This document shows positions 60,118 to 64,000 of a DNA stretch of 64,000 nucleotides, piece after piece. The translations under genes were made by a program, and so were the position numbers. The DNA is taken from positions 32,798,001 through 32,862,000 of the forward strand of contig CM022670.1 in assembly GCA_012295275.1 (NCBI GenBank). Reading direction: 5' to 3'. Below the pieces are notes generated by a model. That model saw nothing but the letters and a program-made list of their open reading frames with translations, ran no database searches and had not been told where the DNA came from. The number at the start of each line of letters is the position of its first letter. Position 1 is the stretch's first letter. This DNA is from Chrysomallon squamiferum. Taxonomy: Eukaryota; Animalia; Mollusca.

Positions 60118-63100
60118 CTAAAAAGAAAAAAAAGAAAAAGGATGGAGATGAGTCACTATTTCAGTGGTTAAACTGGAGAAACACAAAAAAATATATATAT
60201 ATATATATATAAAACAATTATTAATAAAAAATAAATAAAACAAAACTTAAAATAAAAATATCACTGTTACAATTGTTATATTTAAACAGTAAAATCAAAA
60301 AAAAATTAAAAAAAAAGAATAAATATAAAATAGAAGTGAAATAATGAAATTGTTTATTATTTAAAGTACAAAACCCCCACATACTGTAAAAGAAAAACAT
60401 ATATTAAGACCAAAAAAAAAAAAAAAAGATCGAAAAACAAAATAGAAAATGAGATTAATAAAATTAAGAATTAAAATTCATATCACCTGTTGTTGTTGTT
60501 GGATAATCTTTAACAGAAAATGTAAATGGCTGTTCCACCTTCAGAAATACTTCCTTGTCATATGTCTTTTGATTGAAAGGCTGTTGCTGCAATTAAATCG
60601 TATATTTTTTACCATTTAAAAAGTATAATAATAATAATAATAATTATAAAAATATAAAAACAAAATTTAAAAACAAATTATAATAATAATTAAAAACAGA
60701 TTCTTTTTTTTTGGTCAATACTAGAAAAGTTCAAGTAAGTTTACATAATCAGTAATAAACTGAAGAAAAAAAATTGTAAAAAAAGAAAATACTTTATTGA
60801 AGATATAACTGATTGCTGAATAACTGATATACAGAATGAATCTTACAATGGTGACATAAATAAGGAAATGAACCGTATTTTTACTGCAGATTATACTAAA
60901 ATTGGGTTCTGAAACACCAAATTTGATTCCAATGTTTTCAGACAAAAATTAACAAATGTTCTCAACAGAAAAAAAAACAACCAAAACCTCCTAAGATTTC
61001 TTAATAACCAATATACTCAACATCATAGCATTAAGAAGGTCCCGAATTTTGTAATGATTACACCCAAATCATAATAACAAATATTTTGTGTTCTTGCTGT
61101 TTATAATGTTTCGTTTTGTTTGATATTCTTACTTGTTTCAGACTTTCCAGTAACATGTCTACAAAAAGCAGCCACCTCTGTTTATAATAACTGAAAAAGA
61201 AAAGAACATTTTATTGTTGGTGAAAAAAGGAAAAAGTGTATTAAAATACTTGTGATTAGGATTTAATTACAGTAGAAAAGTAGAAAAAAAAAATCCTTAT
61301 TATTTGAAAGTTCAGATTATTTAGGCTCAATGCTTTGTGTTAAGCTATATTTTAAATATGTAAGTATGATTAAAAGTTCAGATGTCACAAAAACATTGAA
61401 AAGTGAACAAATGTGTATATTTTACTGAATATTCTTGTTAAAAGCAATAATAATAAAAATAATAAAAATAAAAATAAAAATAATTAAATACATTCAAAGT
61501 TGCAAATAAATCTGTTTTTATGTTGCATTAAAAATAAAAATAAAACTTAATATTTGTATTCAAAAACAAAAATATCAAAACAACCTGTATTAAAAATAAA
61601 CTATTCCTTTTTTTAATGATGATATTAAAATGACTATAATTTTACAAATTATGGAAATATCACAAAAACAAGTAATTTGTTTCAAAATAAAAATTAAAAA
61701 CTGTAAAGATTAAAAGTACATACTCGTTTATTAACCCTGACCACTGCTTTGCTGCATAATCAAGAATCTAAGATAACAGAGGGAAAAAAACCATTTATAA
61801 TTTTATTTTATGTAAATATCAGAAAACCACTAAAAAATATAACAGAATTTTTTTTTTTTTATTAAATGTAAATAAAAATTTAAAAGATTAGTAAAAAACA
61901 CTTGTTACAGAAATTTCAAGACAAAATATTCTTAAGTATTTTTTAACTGACTGAATGATGATTCTGTTACTACTACTAAAATATATAAACAAAACCAAAT
62001 TCATATTTTGAATTAAATAATTATAAAAAGTAATTTTATAGCTTAGAAAAGTAATTAGAGATGATAATTCAAAATGAGCCACATTTAGAAATACTGTCAT
62101 GGATGATAATTCAAAATGAGGTAGATTTAGATGAAATTATTTTTACTTCTTACTTCACCATTGGGTCCCCACAGAGTAACCTGGTTCTTGGCATTGTATA
62201 TGTAGAGAATGGCTTCTTCAATGTCCAAACCAGCAAACTTCTTAGCAGCTTCAACCCAGTTTCCCAACAGAAAATGGTCGTCTGAGGCAAGAAGCATGTC
62301 CAGATCAGCCAGCAAGTCAACAATGTTTGTACCTGCAGATCTGAAACAAAGTTCAAAGAAATTTACTTTAAAGGAATCATTCACATAAATTTTGGTTGTC
62401 ATTTGAGAACAAAATGCAGGATTCCTTGAAACTTTCTTGAATATATAAATGCAACATATTGCTATATTTTTTTTTTTTTTTCATTTAAAATATAATCACA
62501 TATCAATATCTCATGAGTAACCATTTTATTTACCTAATTTTATGATGAACAGAGTAAACTTTAAATATAAAAAACCAACTAAAAATCACATGATTTCATA
62601 TAAAAAACTAGTAGTAATTTTTAAATAAAATGTCAGATATGTTACTTACAAAACAGCCACAGAGTTGTTTGTTGAGTAAGCCATCACTAAATCGTGGTAG
62701 AAAGACATAGAAGCAATCTGCAGACTGTTTCTAGTAACATCAACAAGATCATATCTACAAAAATAAAAATAAAAACATCATTTTATCAATGGAAAAATTA
62801 ACATTTTAGTAAACTTTTTTCTTTAAACCTCCAAACCAAAACAGCCTTGCTTCCTTTTTGGTGCTGAATACTGAAGATAGAATTGTGAGAAAGATACTGG
62901 TGTGTTTTTGTGTACATATATATATATATATATATATAATACATTTCATATGTTGGCCCTCCTTCAAAACCTGCCTAGTTGTCTGGCCCCTTCTCTCCAA
63001 AAGTTTGCTGACAACTGGCTTGTCATACAGTGAAAATGCATCTTTAACTCAAAGTACAGTTAAATATCAATTTACATGAGTTTAAAACTGAATATTTCTT

Positions 63101-63843
63101 TAGGTGATAAAATACCTAAACAAAGAACTGTCACCAAGTTCTGCAGCAGCCTTCACCATGCTGTCCCATGCCTCAAACAGAGTTTCAGGTTTATACCACA
63201 CCTGCAACGACATTATACTGTAGAGATGATGATGATAATAATAATAATAACAATAATAATAAAATTAATGATAACAAGCATGAAAAATAATTCATATAAA
63301 AATGTAAACCATAAATTTTAAAGATTAAATTAAACAAGAAATGCATGTTATATTAATTATAAAATCATTTAATTAAATAAATATATCTTCAGTTAAAAAT
63401 ATCCGAGATAAACTATTAATACACTTTTGCTTTTGAAATTTGCTAAACGTTTGAAATGAAATTACTTTATTCTGTTGAACTATATTACCAATAAATGATT
63501 TACTACAATAAAACCAATTAATAATTAATAAATAACATAACAATAAAACTTTAAAAAAACAAATAGTATTTTTAACAGTAGAAAAATATAAGCAAGTATG
63601 AAGCTGGGATTTGCTTATAAACCTCACATACATGTTATATTTATCATGCTTAAAAGTACACAGATACTAAAATAACAAAAACTAAGTTTAACAGTTTACA
63701 TACTTGCACTAGCAGGAAGTTAATATTATCATGCAGTCTACAATAAATATGCAGTACTTACTTAGATATTAATGGTATATCACATACTTAATGTCTTTAC
63801 TGTTTAATAATTGTCCACTCATTTTATTTTGTTTATTATGGAT

Positions 63844-63879
<36 letters not shown>

Positions 63880-64000
63880 GTTTATTATTATATATTTTTT
63901 ATATACTTTTTATTCATTTTAATTTCAATATTTTTAACATTATTGATGTTATTAAGTTTGAGAAGATACTTACGCTTTCTGCATAAGAAAGACTTGGTAA
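59969..64000 (-). CDS. NAGLU: Alpha-N-acetylglucosaminidase (GH89), C-terminal domain; last 8 coding exons, 5' part beyond the window
   Basis: Spliced translation: LPSLSYAES-VWYKPETLFEAW...LFR-YDLVDVTRNSLQ...-LDMLLASDDHFLLGNW...[39 protein letters not shown]...-FNQKTYDKEVFLKVEQPF...-GDSIKIA; matches the NAGLU C-terminal domain; all GT-AG with consistent phases. Confidence 0.96.
60487..60586 (-). CDS. NAGLU: NAGLU exon: QQPFNQKTYDKEVFLKVEQPFTFSVKDYPTTTT
   Basis: ttgcag / gtgata; a second in-frame AG lies 6 nt inside. Confidence 0.92.
61133..61190 (-). CDS. NAGLU: NAGLU exon: [20 protein letters not shown]
   Basis: tttcag / gtaaga; YY..RW. Confidence 0.95.
61724..61767 (-). CDS. NAGLU: NAGLU exon: [14 protein letters not shown]
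   Basis: tcttag / gtatgt; DYA.KQW.GL. Confidence 0.95.
62154..62340 (-). CDS. NAGLU: NAGLU exon: SAGTNIVDLLADLDMLLASDDHFLLGNW...[10 protein letters not shown]
   Basis: tttcag / gtaaga; Q.TLWGP.G. Confidence 0.97.
62650..62754 (-). CDS. NAGLU: NAGLU exon: YDLVDVTRNSLQIASMSFYHDLVMAYSTNNSVAV
   Basis: ttgtag / gtaagt; YDLVDVTR. Confidence 0.95.
63116..63201 (-). CDS. NAGLU: NAGLU exon: VWYKPETLFEAWDSMVKAAAELGDSSLFR
   Basis: ttgcag / gtattt. Confidence 0.93.
63974..64000 (-). CDS. NAGLU: NAGLU exon (partial): LPSLSYAES
   Basis: gtaagt donor, phase 0; PSL motif preceding the WY exon. Confidence 0.75.

Overview
AT-rich, intron-rich animal (eukaryotic) genomic DNA, most consistent with an invertebrate and probably a mollusc; it is not prokaryotic, and most ORFs in the supplied track are noise. 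About 47 kb of the + strand (5684-52592) is a 26-exon MAST-family kinase gene (N-terminal DUF1908 region, AGC Ser/Thr kinase, AGC C-terminal tail, PDZ domain, Ser/Pro-rich tail), reconstructed by hand with GT-AG sites and matching phases; its start codon was not found and is probably upstream. The last 8 coding exons of an alpha-N-acetylglucosaminidase (NAGLU, GH89) gene converge on the - strand (59969-64000). I found no new multi-gene system. The features most worth following up are inside the MAST gene: (1) a 420-nt phase-compatible candidate alternative exon encoding nine RRSP repeats; (2) a candidate 21-nt microexon plus a NAGNAG acceptor that both rewrite an R-S-x-S-x-P (14-3-3-type) motif; (3) a single-base frameshift between the kinase and PDZ domains; (4) a 65-bp tandem array that multiplies a splice acceptor five times; (5) a Gly-to-Ala change in the kinase glycine-rich loop.
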